Shown: positions 32,626 to 44,804 of the stretch, one piece after another
How the letters are laid out: each line of letters starts with the position of its first letter
Position numbering within the stretch: position 1 is the stretch's first letter
Assembly (NCBI GenBank): GCA_963733675.1
Contig: CAVTET010000003.1
Span: 512,001-576,000, forward strand
DNA length: 64,000 nt
From: an uncultured Methanosarcinaceae archaeon
GTDB lineage: Archaea > Halobacteriota > Methanosarcinia > Methanosarcinales > Methanosarcinaceae
Direction: 5' to 3'
Made by a program: the position numbers and the translations under genes
The notes under the pieces: generated by a model
The model's database searches: none
Told to the model about the DNA's origin: nothing
The model's input: the letters and a program-made list of their open reading frames with translations, nothing else

Positions 32626-34140
32626 TTATTCTTCCACCCTAAGGTTTTTGTTTCTTATACAGCATCCGATCCCACACAGAAAAGCTATGACATCATTTTC
32701 GACAGAATCCGCATCACAATCCCCAAAAATAGTTATCCTGTAAGATATAGCTAGCCTTTCGATCCATCTATTCCCTATGTAGTTTTCTACCAAATTAGAT
32801 CCCCTGTAGATATCACTAATTTCGCAAGCTGCAAGATTTCTGTTTGTACTTATAGCTTCAAGGATTATTTTAGGATCAGCACCATTGGGAATAAGAACTG
32901 AGATATCCCTGGTCGAATGCTTCAGATTTTCTTTTCTCCATTGTTTTAGCTCGGATTCTGAAAGGAGTCGAAGATTTTCAAGCTTAAGTTTTATGAATTG
33001 ATTTTTTATTTGAGGAGCAGTGCCTTTTGATATTAGTTTTTTGAGAACTACCTCATTCTGGCAAAACTTTTCAAGAATACCTACATGAGTTTTTCCGGAA
33101 TAAAAGTGTGAAAAGCCACAGACTTCCCCAATGGAGTTTACTATAGTCTCATATTCAGCTATTTTGGAATTTATCAACTTATCCGACTTGCTCAGGGCTT
33201 GAGCAGTATCTCCGTACTTTCGAGCAGCAGCCTTCATTTTTCTTGCAAATCCCTCTTCATCATGAGCTCTTACCAAGCCAGATATCTCTTCACACTCTTT
33301 GATGAAGGTCTTATGGACTTCCAAAACTCCGGGATTTTCCATCTGGATGAGAGCATACAGGTAGGGATTCTGACCAAGAATTCGGCCTACGAAATCCAGC
33401 ATTATATCATAAACTGGGCTTACGAATTTCCTGGATTTTTTCACATCAAAGTCCAACCTGTCAATTGTCGTCCCTATACTGATATAGGCAAAATGAGTGA
33501 GCCCCTGAACGACCGAGACAAGCATGTCATGTTCAGCAGCAGTGGCGATTTCGACATTTGCTCCGCTTTCTTCAAAAAGTTTTCTTATTACTGGGAACCA
33601 TTTTTCCGAGCGTCCTTTAACGGGAACAAGGATCACAGTCTGCCCTCTGATAGTCTGAATAGTTGGACCGAACATTGGGTGAGTTCCTAGAATTTCCACA
33701 TCCTTAGGGACAAATTTCCTCATGGCTTCGACTGGCTTTACTTTAACAGAAGTAAAATCCATAAGGAGGCTTCCAGCCTTCATTTTTGGAGCAATTTCTG
33801 CAATAGTATCTTCAGTTACGTTGATAGGCACCGAGACTATTAAGATATCACTTTCAGAAATCGTTGATTCAAGATCCAAGGCAAAAGGAACTTCCAATTT
33901 TCTGGCAATTTCAATTTTGCAACCTTTTCCCCAAACTGTAACTTCATAACCTTTTTCTTTGAAAAAATGGGTAAACCACTGCCCCATCTCTCCGGTTCCA
34001 CCAAGAATCAACACTTTAATTTTTCCGGAATTCTCTTTATGTTGAGGAACTTTATATGCATGATTTTTTGTATGATTTCTCTGAAAATGGCACTTAGATT
34101 CTTCTATCTTCATCCATTTTGTCTCCATGTCCGTATTCAT
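32626..34140 (-). CDS. tyrA: Prephenate dehydrogenase
   Basis: ILGGTGEMG, DFTSVK, THPMFGP and EHD..VSVVQGLTHF; last gene of the aro operon. Confidence 0.92.
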   Translation of the reverse strand: MNTDMETKWMKIEESKCHFQRNHTKNHAYKVPQHKENSGKIKVLILGGTGEMGQWFTHFFKEKGYEVTVWGKGCKIEIARKLEVPFALDLESTISESDILIVSVPINVTEDTIAEIAPKMKAGSLLMDFTSVKVKPVEAMRKFVPKDVEILGTHPMFGPTIQTIRGQTVILVPVKGRSEKWFPVIRKLFEESGANVEIATAAEHDMLVSVVQGLTHFAYISIGTTIDRLDFDVKKSRKFVSPVYDIMLDFVGRILGQNPYLYALIQMENPGVLEVHKTFIKECEEISGLVRAHDEEGFARKMKAAARKYGDTAQALSKSDKLINSKIAEYETIVNSIGEVCGFSHFYSGKTHVGILEKFCQNEVVLKKLISKGTAPQIKNQFIKLKLENLRLLSESELKQWRKENLKHSTRDISVLIPNGADPKIILEAISTNRNLAACEISDIYRGSNLVENYIGNRWIERLAISYRITIFGDCDADSVENDVIAFLCGIGCCIRNKNLRVEE

Positions 34141-34979
34141 GCTTTTAAAGCTTCCAAAACGGCTTTCTTCATGATTTCCACTGGAGGCTCAATTCCTGTC
34201 CAGAGCCTGAAAGCCTCAGCCCCCTGGTAAACAAGTACTAAGATCCCACTTACAGTTTTTGCACCTACAGATTTTGCTTCTTTCAAAAGCTTGGTTTCCA
34301 GGGGGTTATAAACAATGTCAAAAACAGTAAGTTCAGGGTGAAGTTCTTCTGCTGTTGCAATAGAATCTTCTGTGTTAGGGTGCATTCCTAGAGTTGTGGT
34401 GTTAATCAGAACATCTGCCTCCTTCAGAAGATCTTTTAATCCTAAGAGCCCAGCTACTTTTATCTTCCCTTGGGGGGATGTACCTAAGATATCCCTTGCA
34501 AGTTCGATTGCTTTTTCTTCGGTCCGGTTTATTACTGTGATATCTGCTCCATCGGCTGCAAGCTGAAATACAATAGCTCTTGATGCTCCTCCTGCTCCTG
34601 CAATCACTATTTTAGACCCCTTTATTTCTACTGCAGCATCTAAAAGCGCCTGTTTTGCTCCCAAACCATCGGTATTGTATCCAATTATTTCTCCGGCTTT
34701 CCCGAAAACAACAGTATTTATTGCTCCTATACTCTCTGCCAGTGGTTCAGGTTTAATGCAATCTAGTTTCAAAGCTCGTTCTTTTAAGGGCACGGTAAGG
34801 TTGAGCCCTCCAAATCCCATAGCATATGCTCCAAGGATTGCTTTTTCCAGCTGTTCTGATTTGACATTAAATGCATGGTAGAGACAGTCCATCCCAAGAG
34901 CTGAAAAAACTGCATTATGCATTGCTGGTGAAACTGAATGGCTTATAGGGTCCCCAAATACGCCAAAAATTCGTTTCAT
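34137..34979 (-). CDS. aroE: Shikimate dehydrogenase
   Basis: GDPISHSVSP.MHN, NLTVPLK, GAINT, NTDG, GAGGASRA and DIVYNP. Confidence 0.96.
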   Translation of the reverse strand: MKRIFGVFGDPISHSVSPAMHNAVFSALGMDCLYHAFNVKSEQLEKAILGAYAMGFGGLNLTVPLKERALKLDCIKPEPLAESIGAINTVVFGKAGEIIGYNTDGLGAKQALLDAAVEIKGSKIVIAGAGGASRAIVFQLAADGADITVINRTEEKAIELARDILGTSPQGKIKVAGLLGLKDLLKEADVLINTTTLGMHPNTEDSIATAEELHPELTVFDIVYNPLETKLLKEAKSVGAKTVSGILVLVYQGAEAFRLWTGIEPPVEIMKKAVLEALKA

Positions 34980-35704
34980 TCGAGCAGCTCCATTATTTTC
35001 TTTAATTTGTCTACAGGAAGTTGTCCAGGGGGGGTTAATATTGTATTTTCAACAGACGCATAGGTCAGGACTGAACCGTAAAAAGGAGCAATTACCCTTG
35101 TATGTTTTCCGAGATCGCCCATCGCAATAGTACATATTGCCCTTCCTGCTCCACCAAAATCTAGTGTAACTCTTAACAGATCCATTATATTTTTCATCGA
35201 TTGTGGCATAACAGCAAGTTTAGCAATATCTGCTCCTGCTATAAATGCATCTTCAAGTGTTGCTTTCATTTCCGTAAAAGAAGGAGTTTTTGAAAAATCA
35301 TGAGAAGAAATGATTACAGTTTTTCCATTATTTTTTGCCGATTCTACCGCTTTATCTCTCTCGTCTTCATCTATAGAGAGTTCAATGTCAACTGCATCAG
35401 GTCCGTCTCTAAGGGTTAGAAGGTCTTTAATAAGCCCAATTCTTTCTGCCTCTTTCCCATCCCATTTTCCTCCTTCTATATATGAACGGTTTGTGATAAT
35501 TACGGGAAGGCCTGTTTCGGATTTTATTTTCCTGATGGTTTCTGCTGCTGTATCTCGATCCCTGATTCCTAGCAAATCCAGCCTTATTTCCAGGATATCA
35601 GCTCCAATTTCGGTTGCTTTTTTTGAAGTTTCAAGCGGTTTTTCAAGAATAACTGCAATAATTGCAGCTTTTTTCTTAAGATCGAGGGGACCAATATGAG
35701 TCAT
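34976..35704 (-). CDS. aroD: Type I 3-dehydroquinate dehydratase
   Basis: EIRLD, EGG, DIEL, SSHDFSKTP, DIAKLAVMP and PGQ. Confidence 0.95.
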   Translation of the reverse strand: MTHIGPLDLKKKAAIIAVILEKPLETSKKATEIGADILEIRLDLLGIRDRDTAAETIRKIKSETGLPVIITNRSYIEGGKWDGKEAERIGLIKDLLTLRDGPDAVDIELSIDEDERDKAVESAKNNGKTVIISSHDFSKTPSFTEMKATLEDAFIAGADIAKLAVMPQSMKNIMDLLRVTLDFGGAGRAICTIAMGDLGKHTRVIAPFYGSVLTYASVENTILTPPGQLPVDKLKKIMELLE

Positions 35705-35756
35705 TACTATCTCCAGATTTCAGTTTGCAATGACAGATTACTTTTCTTCTGGGAGG

Positions 35757-36908
35757 TTACTTCTCTACAATCGTTTCTTCAATACTTTTGCCGAAATGTC
35801 TAGCTCCCTCTTCCATGCGAACCAGAACTTCATCTCCTTTCTTGAGTTTGGCAACTGAGATCGGGTTTCCATCTTTTCCTACTAGTTTAATGGTCTCTGC
35901 ATTTTGCAAGATTACGGTAATAGTTCTGTCTCTGGCTTTTGCTTCAATAAGCATAAGAGGACGACTTTCTATCTTGACTCTGCCCACAATGCCTTCTCGT
36001 TGTTTTCCTTCTGAATCCACAATAGTTACTGTATCTCCTGTCTGGAGCTCCGAAAGATAGTGGGTTTTTTTGCCTATTTTGATGTAGGAATGGACTGCTC
36101 CTGCATTTACTCTAAAAGGGCGAGCTGCAACGTAAGGACTCTCATCAGATTCTGAGTTTACTAGGAACATTCCTTTTGCTTGAGAACCTATGAGCATGCC
36201 TTCTCCTCGTTGCATGAGGTTACATGTATCTACACAGACTCTGTCTCCCATCCCGAGAGTTTCAACTCTGCTCACGATTGCAGACTCAAGTTCGATGCTT
36301 TCATTTCCCAGATCTCTTGCAGCCTTGATTGTATCTTTTATCTCCTGAGGGTTCCCACTGTCAAGAAGAACGCCATCTACACCAGTTTCTAAAATCTGAA
36401 AGGCTATTTTTGCTTCTTCTGCACTCTTTATTCCGTAGATAATCTTTACTTTATGATTCTGGAGATCTGCAATCAGGTTTTCAAGAGGGATAATTTTCCA
36501 ATCCGTACCTGTTACAAGTAGGTAATCGCAGATTTTTCCCATTTCAGCTGCAAAATGCTCATAAAGTTTGTCCCTTATGACCACATATCCACCCACTAAG
36601 CTTCCTTTGTCCGTGAGAAGAGTTGCTGTATTTATATCGATAGAACCCGAAATATCAGGGGGTAGGGGTTTTGTCCCATCTCCTTCTCCCCTTTTTCCAA
36701 TAACCACAATTTCAGCCCCAAATTTATTGTCATGGGCAAAGGTTGCTATCGTAATGTTTCCCAGTTCTCGGACCCTTTCTACATCGCCTGTGTTTACAAG
36801 AACGCAGTCAGCTCCTGATTCAAGGCCTGTAGTGATCCTCTCCTTCTGTTCTTCCCATTCACCTTCATCGGCTTTTATCCAGACACTTTTCTTTTTCAAA
36901 GGCTTCAA
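35757..36908 (-). CDS. aroB': 3-dehydroquinate synthase II
   Basis: WKIIPLENLIA, GDRVCVDTC, RPFRVNAGAVH, LQNAETI and RHFG. Confidence 0.95.
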   Translation of the reverse strand: MKPLKKKSVWIKADEGEWEEQKERITTGLESGADCVLVNTGDVERVRELGNITIATFAHDNKFGAEIVVIGKRGEGDGTKPLPPDISGSIDINTATLLTDKGSLVGGYVVIRDKLYEHFAAEMGKICDYLLVTGTDWKIIPLENLIADLQNHKVKIIYGIKSAEEAKIAFQILETGVDGVLLDSGNPQEIKDTIKAARDLGNESIELESAIVSRVETLGMGDRVCVDTCNLMQRGEGMLIGSQAKGMFLVNSESDESPYVAARPFRVNAGAVHSYIKIGKKTHYLSELQTGDTVTIVDSEGKQREGIVGRVKIESRPLMLIEAKARDRTITVILQNAETIKLVGKDGNPISVAKLKKGDEVLVRMEEGARHFGKSIEETIVEK

Positions 36909-37000
36909 CTCCGGTAATTTCTTGCTTTCACTTCGGCCTTCCCTTTTTCGTTTCAGTTTTTATTTTCGGATCAATTCTTTCGCTATTCAATCTCTTGTTA

Positions 37001-37801
37001 TCATTTCAGCTGCGTCAAAGCTTCTTCTACAGGTCTTCTATGATGGACGATTTCGCAGATAGCTCGGGTAAGTCTGACAGGGTCTTTGTGCTGGAAAACA
37101 TTTCTTCCGATTGCAGCTCCTCTAGCTCCGGCTTCCATTGCTCCATCGATCATTTCCAGAAGCTCTAGGTCTGTTGAGGTTTTAGGTCCTCCTGCAATAA
37201 TTACCGGTACAGGACAGCCCCTGATTACATCTCTGAAACTATCAGGATCTCCAGTGTATACTGTTTTTACAAAGTCAGCTCCGATCTCAGCTCCGATCCT
37301 TGCAGCATGTGCCACATTTACAGGATCATGCGGATCGGTGATTTTTTTGCCTCTGGGGTACATCATAGCAAGGAGAGGCATGCCCCATTCAGTACAGTCT
37401 CTAGAGATTTTTCCGAACTGCTCAAGCTGGTCTGCTTCTGTTTCGGATCCGACGTTGATATGCATAGAAACAGCATCTGCTCCAATTTTAATTACTTCCT
37501 CCACTGTGCATACCTGAACCTTGGCATTTGGGTCAGGACTCAAGATGGAAGAAGCGCTGATGTGCACGATGAGCCCTATATCATGGCCATATCCTCTATG
37601 GCCATATTTTACCATTCCTTTCTGCATAAGGACAGCGTTTGCGCCTCCTTCGGCTACCTTATTAACTGTATCAGTTACATTGATCAGTCCTTCAATAGGT
37701 CCATCTGAGATTCCATGGTCCATGGGAATAATGACAATGTTTCTACTCTCCCGGTTCATCAGTCTTTCGATCCGTATTTTCTTACCAATTTCTGACATCA
37801 T
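37001..37801 (-). CDS. aroA': 2-amino-3,7-dideoxy-D-threo-hept-6-ulosonate synthase (class I aldolase)
   Basis: PMDHG, MMYPRG, GADFVKT, AGGPK and GRNVFQ; directly upstream of aroB'. Confidence 0.93.
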   Translation of the reverse strand: MMSEIGKKIRIERLMNRESRNIVIIPMDHGISDGPIEGLINVTDTVNKVAEGGANAVLMQKGMVKYGHRGYGHDIGLIVHISASSILSPDPNAKVQVCTVEEVIKIGADAVSMHINVGSETEADQLEQFGKISRDCTEWGMPLLAMMYPRGKKITDPHDPVNVAHAARIGAEIGADFVKTVYTGDPDSFRDVIRGCPVPVIIAGGPKTSTDLELLEMIDGAMEAGARGAAIGRNVFQHKDPVRLTRAICEIVHHRRPVEEALTQLK

Positions 37802-37901
37802 GATTCACCTAAGTTTTGGATTTGCTTATTTAGTCCTTAAATTTTTTTATCTATTTATTTTATCTATTTATCTATTATTTATCATCAACTTTGGTAATAA
37901 A

Positions 37902-37920
37902 CTAGCATGTTATATGCTAG
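37902..37920. promoter_or_regulatory. Palindrome upstream of the aro operon
   Basis: CTAGCAT-GTTAT-ATGCTAG, with further AGCATA half-sites near 37926 and 37957. Confidence 0.4.
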
Positions 37921-38355
37921 CGTGTAGCATACACTGATATCTCATATATTTAAAGGTATGCTGTTAAATTATAAAGTCAGTTACGCTTTCAAATCAAAAA
38001 GAATATTCTTGACATTATATGTGTTGATTTATAGCGATGATCACAATAGATGATTGATATTTTATAGAGAATTTTGAATAACTTCTAAATTTGGATGGGT
38101 TTTCACATGAATATATAATATTTCTTGAACATAGAGGTTTCTCGGAATTCGTTCCACTTATCTACAAAGAGTCTAAGAGTAAAAATATGCATTAATTGTA
38201 ATAAATTCTAGATTCAAAGCTTTTTGCCTACTAAAAGGGTTACAGATTTTGAACTTAGAAAACATACGAGAATTAAAATAGGATTAGATTGGCTAATGGA
38301 GTAAATTTAGAGCTTCAGAATGATAGCATCGACTAAAAAAGAAAAGGAAAAAATT

Positions 38356-38925
38356 ATGAGAAAAATAAAAATCCTTGTTGTTAATAACTATGGACAATTC
38401 TGCCACCTTATTTACCGGGCTGCCCGGGATCTTGATATGGATACAAAGATCATTTCAAATACAATGTCTATTGAGGATATCCTTGCAGAAGAGCCAGATG
38501 GACTGATCCTGAGTGGAGGACCGAAAATTGATCGAGCAGGTTTATGCTGTGATTATGTCCAGAAAATTGACCTTCCTATCCTTGGAATCTGCCTTGGCCA
38601 CCAGATAATTGCTCTAGCTCATGGGGGGCATGTCCATGCTGGGAAAAAGGGTGGGTATGCAGAGGTTGATGTAGAAGTGATCGAAGAAGATGATATCCTT
38701 CGGGAACTTGGCCCAAAAATCACTGTATGGGCTTCGCATGCTGATGAGGTCGCCATTATTCCTGAAGGTTTTATCCACCTTGCCCGCTCAGATATCTGCG
38801 AGATCGAAGCCATGCGTCATTCTATAAAACCGATTTATGGTATCCAGTGGCATCCTGAAGTTTCCCATACAAATCAAGGAGAAAAAATGTTCATGAATTT
38901 TTTTGAAGTATGTGATCAGTACTGA
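38356..38925 (+). CDS. guaAA: GMP synthase glutamine amidotransferase subunit A
   Basis: [22 protein letters not shown] and QWHPEV. Confidence 0.93.
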   Translation: MRKIKILVVNNYGQFCHLIYRAARDLDMDTKIISNTMSIEDILAEEPDGLILSGGPKIDRAGLCCDYVQKIDLPILGICLGHQIIALAHGGHVHAGKKGGYAEVDVEVIEEDDILRELGPKITVWASHADEVAIIPEGFIHLARSDICEIEAMRHSIKPIYGIQWHPEVSHTNQGEKMFMNFFEVCDQY

Positions 38926-39044
38926 GATCTCATGGGTCCGGTATGACCTTATTGATCTAATAACTGTTGGATGTACAAGTGAATTTAAGTCTGTAGATGG
39001 GCAGCTAGTCTATATAACACTGCAGACAAAAAAGTCAGAGATGA

Positions 39045-40367
39045 TTACATCCCCAGTTTTTTTTTCATCATCTTCTGAATATTGAATTTCCCGCCTTTGA
39101 AACCTTTTAGAGCCATCTGCATGGTCTTGTGATATTTCAGTAACTCTCTGACATCTTCAGGACTGCATCCTGAACCCCTTGAAATTCTTTTTATCCGTGA
39201 TCCCCCTATGATCTTTGGATCCTTCATTTCATCTTCTGTCATTGAATCCATGATTATCTTATAATTCCTCATTTTATCACTTGTAGCCTGAAACATTTCG
39301 TCTGAAAGCTTCATGCCTCCCAGTCCAATGGGCAACATGGACATAATTTGCTTGAGAGGTCCAATTTTGTTCATTGCTTCAAGTTGTTTGTACATATCCT
39401 TTAGAGTGAAGCGTCCCTGCATCATGCCTTCAACATTCATATCTTCTTCACTCAATGTTTCCTCAGCTTTTTCCATCAGGCTTTTGAGGTCGCCCATGCC
39501 AAGAAGTCTTGAAATGAATCTATCAGATTCAAATTTTTCTAAATCTTCAGCTGTTTCTCCAACACCAATAAAGGCGATAGGAGATTTTGTTTCGGAAACA
39601 GCTGAAAGAGCTCCACCTCCTTTTGCTGTACCATCAAGTTTTGTTATTATTACACCTGTAATTCCTATTGAATCATTAAAGGCATGGGCTTGTTGGCTTG
39701 CAAGCTGTCCTATACCTGCATCCAGAACCATGAATTTTTGATTTGGCTTTGCAACAGCATTGATCCTTTCCATTTCCTCTATCAGTTCGGCTTCAAGAGC
39801 ATGCCTACCTGCAGTGTCTACGATTTTTATGTCGTATTTTTCAATTGCCTTAAGCCCGTTTTTCGTAATCGTCACTGCATCTGGATTTCCTTCTTCTCCG
39901 TAGAAAGCAACATTGAGATTTTCACAGAGAGTTTTAAGTTGGTGGTAAGCTCCGGGACGAAAGGTATCTGCGGCAATAACTCCTGCTTTGAGTCCTTTTC
40001 GCTGGAAGTAGCGTGCAAGCTTTGCAGTACTTGTGGTTTTCCCACTTCCCTGCAACCCTACCATCATTATTGTCTGGGGTTTGAGTTGGATATCAGCTCC
40101 CTTCCCGATTATTTCCATCAGTTCTTGGTAAACAATGCGGACTACGTGCTCTCTAGGGTTTATTCCTGCAGAAGGATCTTCCTTCATAGCACGCTCCTTG
40201 ATTTTCTTGGACATGTCCATAACAAGTTTTACGTTTACATCGGCCTGAAGCAGAGCCCTCTGGATATCCTTTATTACTTCGTTGACCGTACGCTCATCAA
40301 TTCTCCCCGCACCAATTAGTTTCTTTAGAGCCCCTTGTAAGGAGTCTCCGAGTTTTTCCAGTACCAT
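39045..40367 (-). CDS. srp54: Signal recognition particle protein SRP54
   Basis: [33 protein letters not shown] and a Met-rich M domain. Confidence 0.97.
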   Translation of the reverse strand: MVLEKLGDSLQGALKKLIGAGRIDERTVNEVIKDIQRALLQADVNVKLVMDMSKKIKERAMKEDPSAGINPREHVVRIVYQELMEIIGKGADIQLKPQTIMMVGLQGSGKTTSTAKLARYFQRKGLKAGVIAADTFRPGAYHQLKTLCENLNVAFYGEEGNPDAVTITKNGLKAIEKYDIKIVDTAGRHALEAELIEEMERINAVAKPNQKFMVLDAGIGQLASQQAHAFNDSIGITGVIITKLDGTAKGGGALSAVSETKSPIAFIGVGETAEDLEKFESDRFISRLLGMGDLKSLMEKAEETLSEEDMNVEGMMQGRFTLKDMYKQLEAMNKIGPLKQIMSMLPIGLGGMKLSDEMFQATSDKMRNYKIIMDSMTEDEMKDPKIIGGSRIKRISRGSGCSPEDVRELLKYHKTMQMALKGFKGGKFNIQKMMKKKLGM

Positions 40368-40589
40368 CTGAAAATCGTCCTATTAAGTTTTTAAGAATGA
40401 ATAAAAATATAACTCACACTTTGTTGACATTATGTAAGAGAGTATCATTTCTTTGATAAGCCTTAATTTTCGGAAACTTAAAAAAATATAGGTGAATGAA
40501 TCCTAAATATAAATCAGTAATTGGCTATAAAAAAGTTACTAGATATAAAATTTTGGATTCACAAAAACAGATTAAAAGAGAAAAGATCC

Positions 40590-40657
40590 TTTATTCCAGT
40601 CGAATACCCCGAAGTTTCCATCCCTATGCAAGCTTTGGGGTATTCGACTGGAATAAA
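40590..40657. repeat. Perfect 21-bp-stem hairpin (IS200/IS605-end or REP-like)
   Basis: TTTATTCCAGTCGAATACCCC pairs with GGGGTATTCGACTGGAATAAA. Confidence 0.75.
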
Positions 40658-41539
40658 TTGTGAAGTTTTTAAGGTGATGATCTTAAAACCAAGGATAAAG
40701 ACATTGGTATTGACTTCAATGATATCCGATGTTGTGGAACCATAGATGCCTAGTGCATAAATAATGGAATTAAAACCGAAGAGTGGAACTTCTTGAGATA
40801 ACCTTTCTGCACTTTATGCATAAACATAGTTTAACAGTAAAAATTCGATATGGAAACTTTGATCAAAAAGTATAATTTATATATCTCAAAAGATAAATAA
40901 ACAAATATTTAATAGAGTTTAAGAATGGGTCAAAATTTCGTTGACCATAATATAACTTCTTCATTTCCTTAAATATGAAAATATACTTTCAAGATAAAAA
41001 TCAAACTATCAGATTAGGGTTTAAAAAGAATAAACTAAGGGAAAAAATTACTACAGTATAGTGTACTGGCCAACTCAAAAACACATTACAAAGAATTTAT
41101 GGCAAAAAAGAACAATTGGGTATGATATTGGTATTCATACAACCATATTTATCTGTTCTGAATTAAATTTAATTTATCTGAATAAATATAAATGAAAGTA
41201 GATTTCAAAAAACGAGTTGAACAAGTTAAGGGACGTATAGAGTTGATCTGAGTGAATATACAGAATTAGCTAAATCAAAATTAATTTGCAAATAGTTGGA
41301 TGAAAATATTTGCTGAAAAAATAAGAAATGTGATTAACTTTTGAGTTAACCATATCGGATTTCGATGAATCCTTAAATTTAGTCATATATTTTAAATATC
41401 ACATAAATGATTCGTGAAAGTCAGATTTTTATAGAAAATCCTTCCTAGAATCAAGAATAAAATCCGAAAAAATTTTTATTCACAGGTATTATGTTTCTAT
41501 GTTTCGGCTAACTCCTACAAAAATCGAACTTATTCCCAA

Positions 41540-42240
41540 AACTGCAGAGCTTTGCTTTCACAGGACGAAGAGACAAATCTTGTCGTAATATCAGATCAGA
41601 TGTATATTAAGACAAAAAAGGTTTTAAAATAGTCTTCTGAATGCTTGCTTCTACTTGGGGAGATAAATGGTACGAATATGGACACTATAACATGAGCGAA
41701 TTTACTGCAGATCTGAAAGCCATACCCATAAAAGTTGCTCAAAGGTACAGATTAATCTGGTTTATTACTTTAAAACCTTAAATATACTGTTGAAGCCTGC
41801 AAAATAGATGTAAGCAATGAAGTAGCTCAAATGTTCACTTATGTCCTGGAGCCTATTATCTATATAAGGTATATGCACCTTTGACATGGCTAAAGAAAAG
41901 ATCGAATTGTCAGTGCCAAAGGGGCAACTAGTATGTAAGCTTGGTAATGTTACGTTGAAGCTAGAGCTGGAGACTGCGAAGATCTGCAAATCCTCATCTT
42001 ATGCATAATCGTCGATATAAAATACCTATCCGAAAAATATGGTTACTGACGCTGCTTGACCTAACTTCTATACCTTATGTGTATGGATACGACCAATGGC
42101 TAAGGCAAAAATTCAGGCTGCTGGGAAAAAAACCATTCAGGTGCTGAAACTTTACAAAAATTAGCTACTTGGTAATTTTCGACATCAACCCACTGAAATG
42201 TATTACTATGCATATGCTATGAATCAGTACCTACATTTGA
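41540..42240 (+). pseudogene. Decayed gene, possibly transglutaminase-like
   Basis: Coding-like composition with many stops; fragment YVEARAGDCEDL resembles the GDCED motif. Confidence 0.35.
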
Positions 42241-42328
42241 ATCTTATGGTGTCAGTTGTCTAATCGCAGTAAATATTCCGTACTTTTAATCTACATTCAT
42301 TGCTACCACAGAGGAGCGTTTGCAATTT

Positions 42329-43645
42329 ATGGAAGTTCCAGAAATTGAAAAAAATATCGGAATCAGTCTATACTCCACAGATACCGAAGGCCTTGGAGGG
42401 AAGCTTCGTCAGGAAGTGGAGGATTTTGTTGTTAAAGAGATCACTAACAGAGAAGAAGGACAGGAGGGTAAGTATCTGATTATCGAGCTCATAAAACGAA
42501 ACTGGGATACACACCACCTAACCCGGACTCTCGCAAAAATACTGCAGATTAGCCAAAAGAGGATTAGCATTGCAGGCACAAAAGACAAACGCGCACTCAC
42601 CACGCAAAAAATCAGCATCTTTGATATTGATGCTTCCATAATTGAAAATATCCATTTGAAAGACGTGGAGCTAAATGTTCTGGGGCGCTCCCGAAAATCA
42701 ATAGAACTTGGAGATCTATGGGGGAATGACTTCATAATTACAATAAGGGACATACCAAGTTCTCCTGGGGAAGCAAAAAAGCTTATTGAAAAAACTACAA
42801 ATGAAATCCTGTTCCAGAGTGGAATCCCCAATTTCTTTGGAATACAGCGTTTTGGTTCTATCCGACCTGTTACCTACCTGGTAGGAAAAGCCATTGTGGA
42901 AGGAGATTTTGAAAAAGCTGCCATGCTCTATATTGCCGAGCCCTTTCCTGATGAACCAGCTGAGATAAAAAAAGCTCGTCAGCTAGTTAAAGAGACACGT
43001 GATTTTAGGGAAGGTCTTAAAACCTACCCCCTCCGCCTTGGTCATGAAAGAGCCATGATGAACCACCTGATCGCAAATCCGAATAATTTTGCAGGCGCTT
43101 TCCAAATTCTTCCAAAAAATCTTTACACGCTGTTTGTACACGGCTACCAATCATATATCTACAATACGATCCTCTGTCGCAGAATCGAAAAAAGCCTCCC
43201 TTTAAATCAGGCCATAGAAGGTGATATTGTCTGCTTCAAAAACAAGGCCGGCCTTCCGGATTCTTCAAAGACCGAACAAGTTACAGCCGAGACCGTAAAT
43301 GCAATGAATCGCCTGATAAGAAGGAAACGTGCCTTTATAACCGCTCCCTTGCCAGGCTATAAAACAGAATTTGCTTCAGGCATTCCAGGGGAAATCGAGC
43401 AAGAGGTGATTAAAGAACTCAAAGTTCATCTAAAAGGTTTCAATGTGGAAGAAGTTCCTGAAATGAGTTCAAAAGGTACCCGCAGGGAAATACTTTTGCA
43501 AGTGGAGCCCAAATTTGAGGTTACAGAAGACGAACTGAATCCAGTAAAATCAAAGGTAGTGCTTGAGTTCATGTTACCCAAGGGAAGTTATGCAACAACC
43601 TTACTCAGGGAGTATATGAAAGTAGATCCATTGTGTATGAGCTGA
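42329..43645 (+). CDS. truD: tRNA pseudouridine(13) synthase
   Basis: EDFVV.E, AGTKDKRALT.Q, GNDF.I.IR, PNFFGIQRFG and F.LPKGSYAT..LRE. Confidence 0.96.
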   Translation: MEVPEIEKNIGISLYSTDTEGLGGKLRQEVEDFVVKEITNREEGQEGKYLIIELIKRNWDTHHLTRTLAKILQISQKRISIAGTKDKRALTTQKISIFDIDASIIENIHLKDVELNVLGRSRKSIELGDLWGNDFIITIRDIPSSPGEAKKLIEKTTNEILFQSGIPNFFGIQRFGSIRPVTYLVGKAIVEGDFEKAAMLYIAEPFPDEPAEIKKARQLVKETRDFREGLKTYPLRLGHERAMMNHLIANPNNFAGAFQILPKNLYTLFVHGYQSYIYNTILCRRIEKSLPLNQAIEGDIVCFKNKAGLPDSSKTEQVTAETVNAMNRLIRRKRAFITAPLPGYKTEFASGIPGEIEQEVIKELKVHLKGFNVEEVPEMSSKGTRREILLQVEPKFEVTEDELNPVKSKVVLEFMLPKGSYATTLLREYMKVDPLCMS

Positions 43646-44804
43646 AAATTAAGAGAGGGAACTCTTCAGGCTAGCGTAAGCCAAATAAGAAACTAATCAT
43701 CTAATAAACCATCTAATTTAGTCATGTCAGAAGAAAATGATTTGTAGTCTCAGATTAAGAAATATAAGGCTCTTCGCTGTTTCGAGCGGATAATTTAAAA
43801 TCATTTTCTAAGTACGATACAATATATGTGATATTTGAAAACAGTTATTTAGGGACATCACATTCATTATCGACGTTTATTTATTTGTGGTTACTTCGAA
43901 ATTACAATAAATACTTCTACTGTTTAAAGTAATCGTTTGCACGAACTTGAAAATTAATTAATGCTTCTCTAGCAAAATAATAGGTATATTCTTCCTTCTC
44001 TGGCCCTGAAAGATGTCACAGGAATTGTATGAAAGAGCTGTAATTATTTGGATTTGATATATAAATATTGAGTTTTTGGTTCTATGTAGTCTTCGGTTGA
44101 TATCACATTTTGTTTTTGAAGGATGAGCACTCCAAGTCTCATTATCAAGATCTTGACCCGAAAACATTTATAGATCAAGCAAAGGAGTTTGAGGGATATG
44201 ATAAATAAACTAGATAAGGTAGCAAAAATATTGAGTGTCCTCGAACATACATATCCTTGGACAGTAATGAGATGTTCAGAACTCAATGCTTGGATAGATT
44301 CAGGTTCTATCAAGAATTGCTCACTAAACACAGCAACCCAATCCGACCAAAAAATGCATTCTTCATACATTGTGAGAAACCAGTTAAGAATGATGCGAAA
44401 TGATGTATTTTTTGCGATCCGAAATTAACGCAAAGACAGAATTTGAACGTTGAATTTATTATAAGTTTTTCAGTGTTTTTCTAATCTTGTATCTAAAGTT
44501 TCAGTAATTTTGGGTAATCTTAGAATTTGTTACGAAATAATTTAGGTAACACATCTTTATTTTGGAAAAAATAGATGGAATCGCTCATGAAAAATGGTTA
44601 AGTAGAGTGTAAAAATGTTTCTGAAAATTCTCTGTATCTAGAAAAATATAATTAAATTCTCAAATTAAATTTGAGATTTTGAGCTAATTTGAATCCTTTA
44701 AGTAAAAAAGCGAGTACAAATAAATAAGTATAAACATTTTAGTGGTTATATTCTTACTAAAAATAGGTACAGTTGATCTGAATTAATGTTCAGGGGGAAT
44801 TTTC

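Noticed and set aside
33199-40319. Plus-strand ORFs antisense to the aro genes and srp54
   Set aside because: Antisense shadows with no recognisable motifs.
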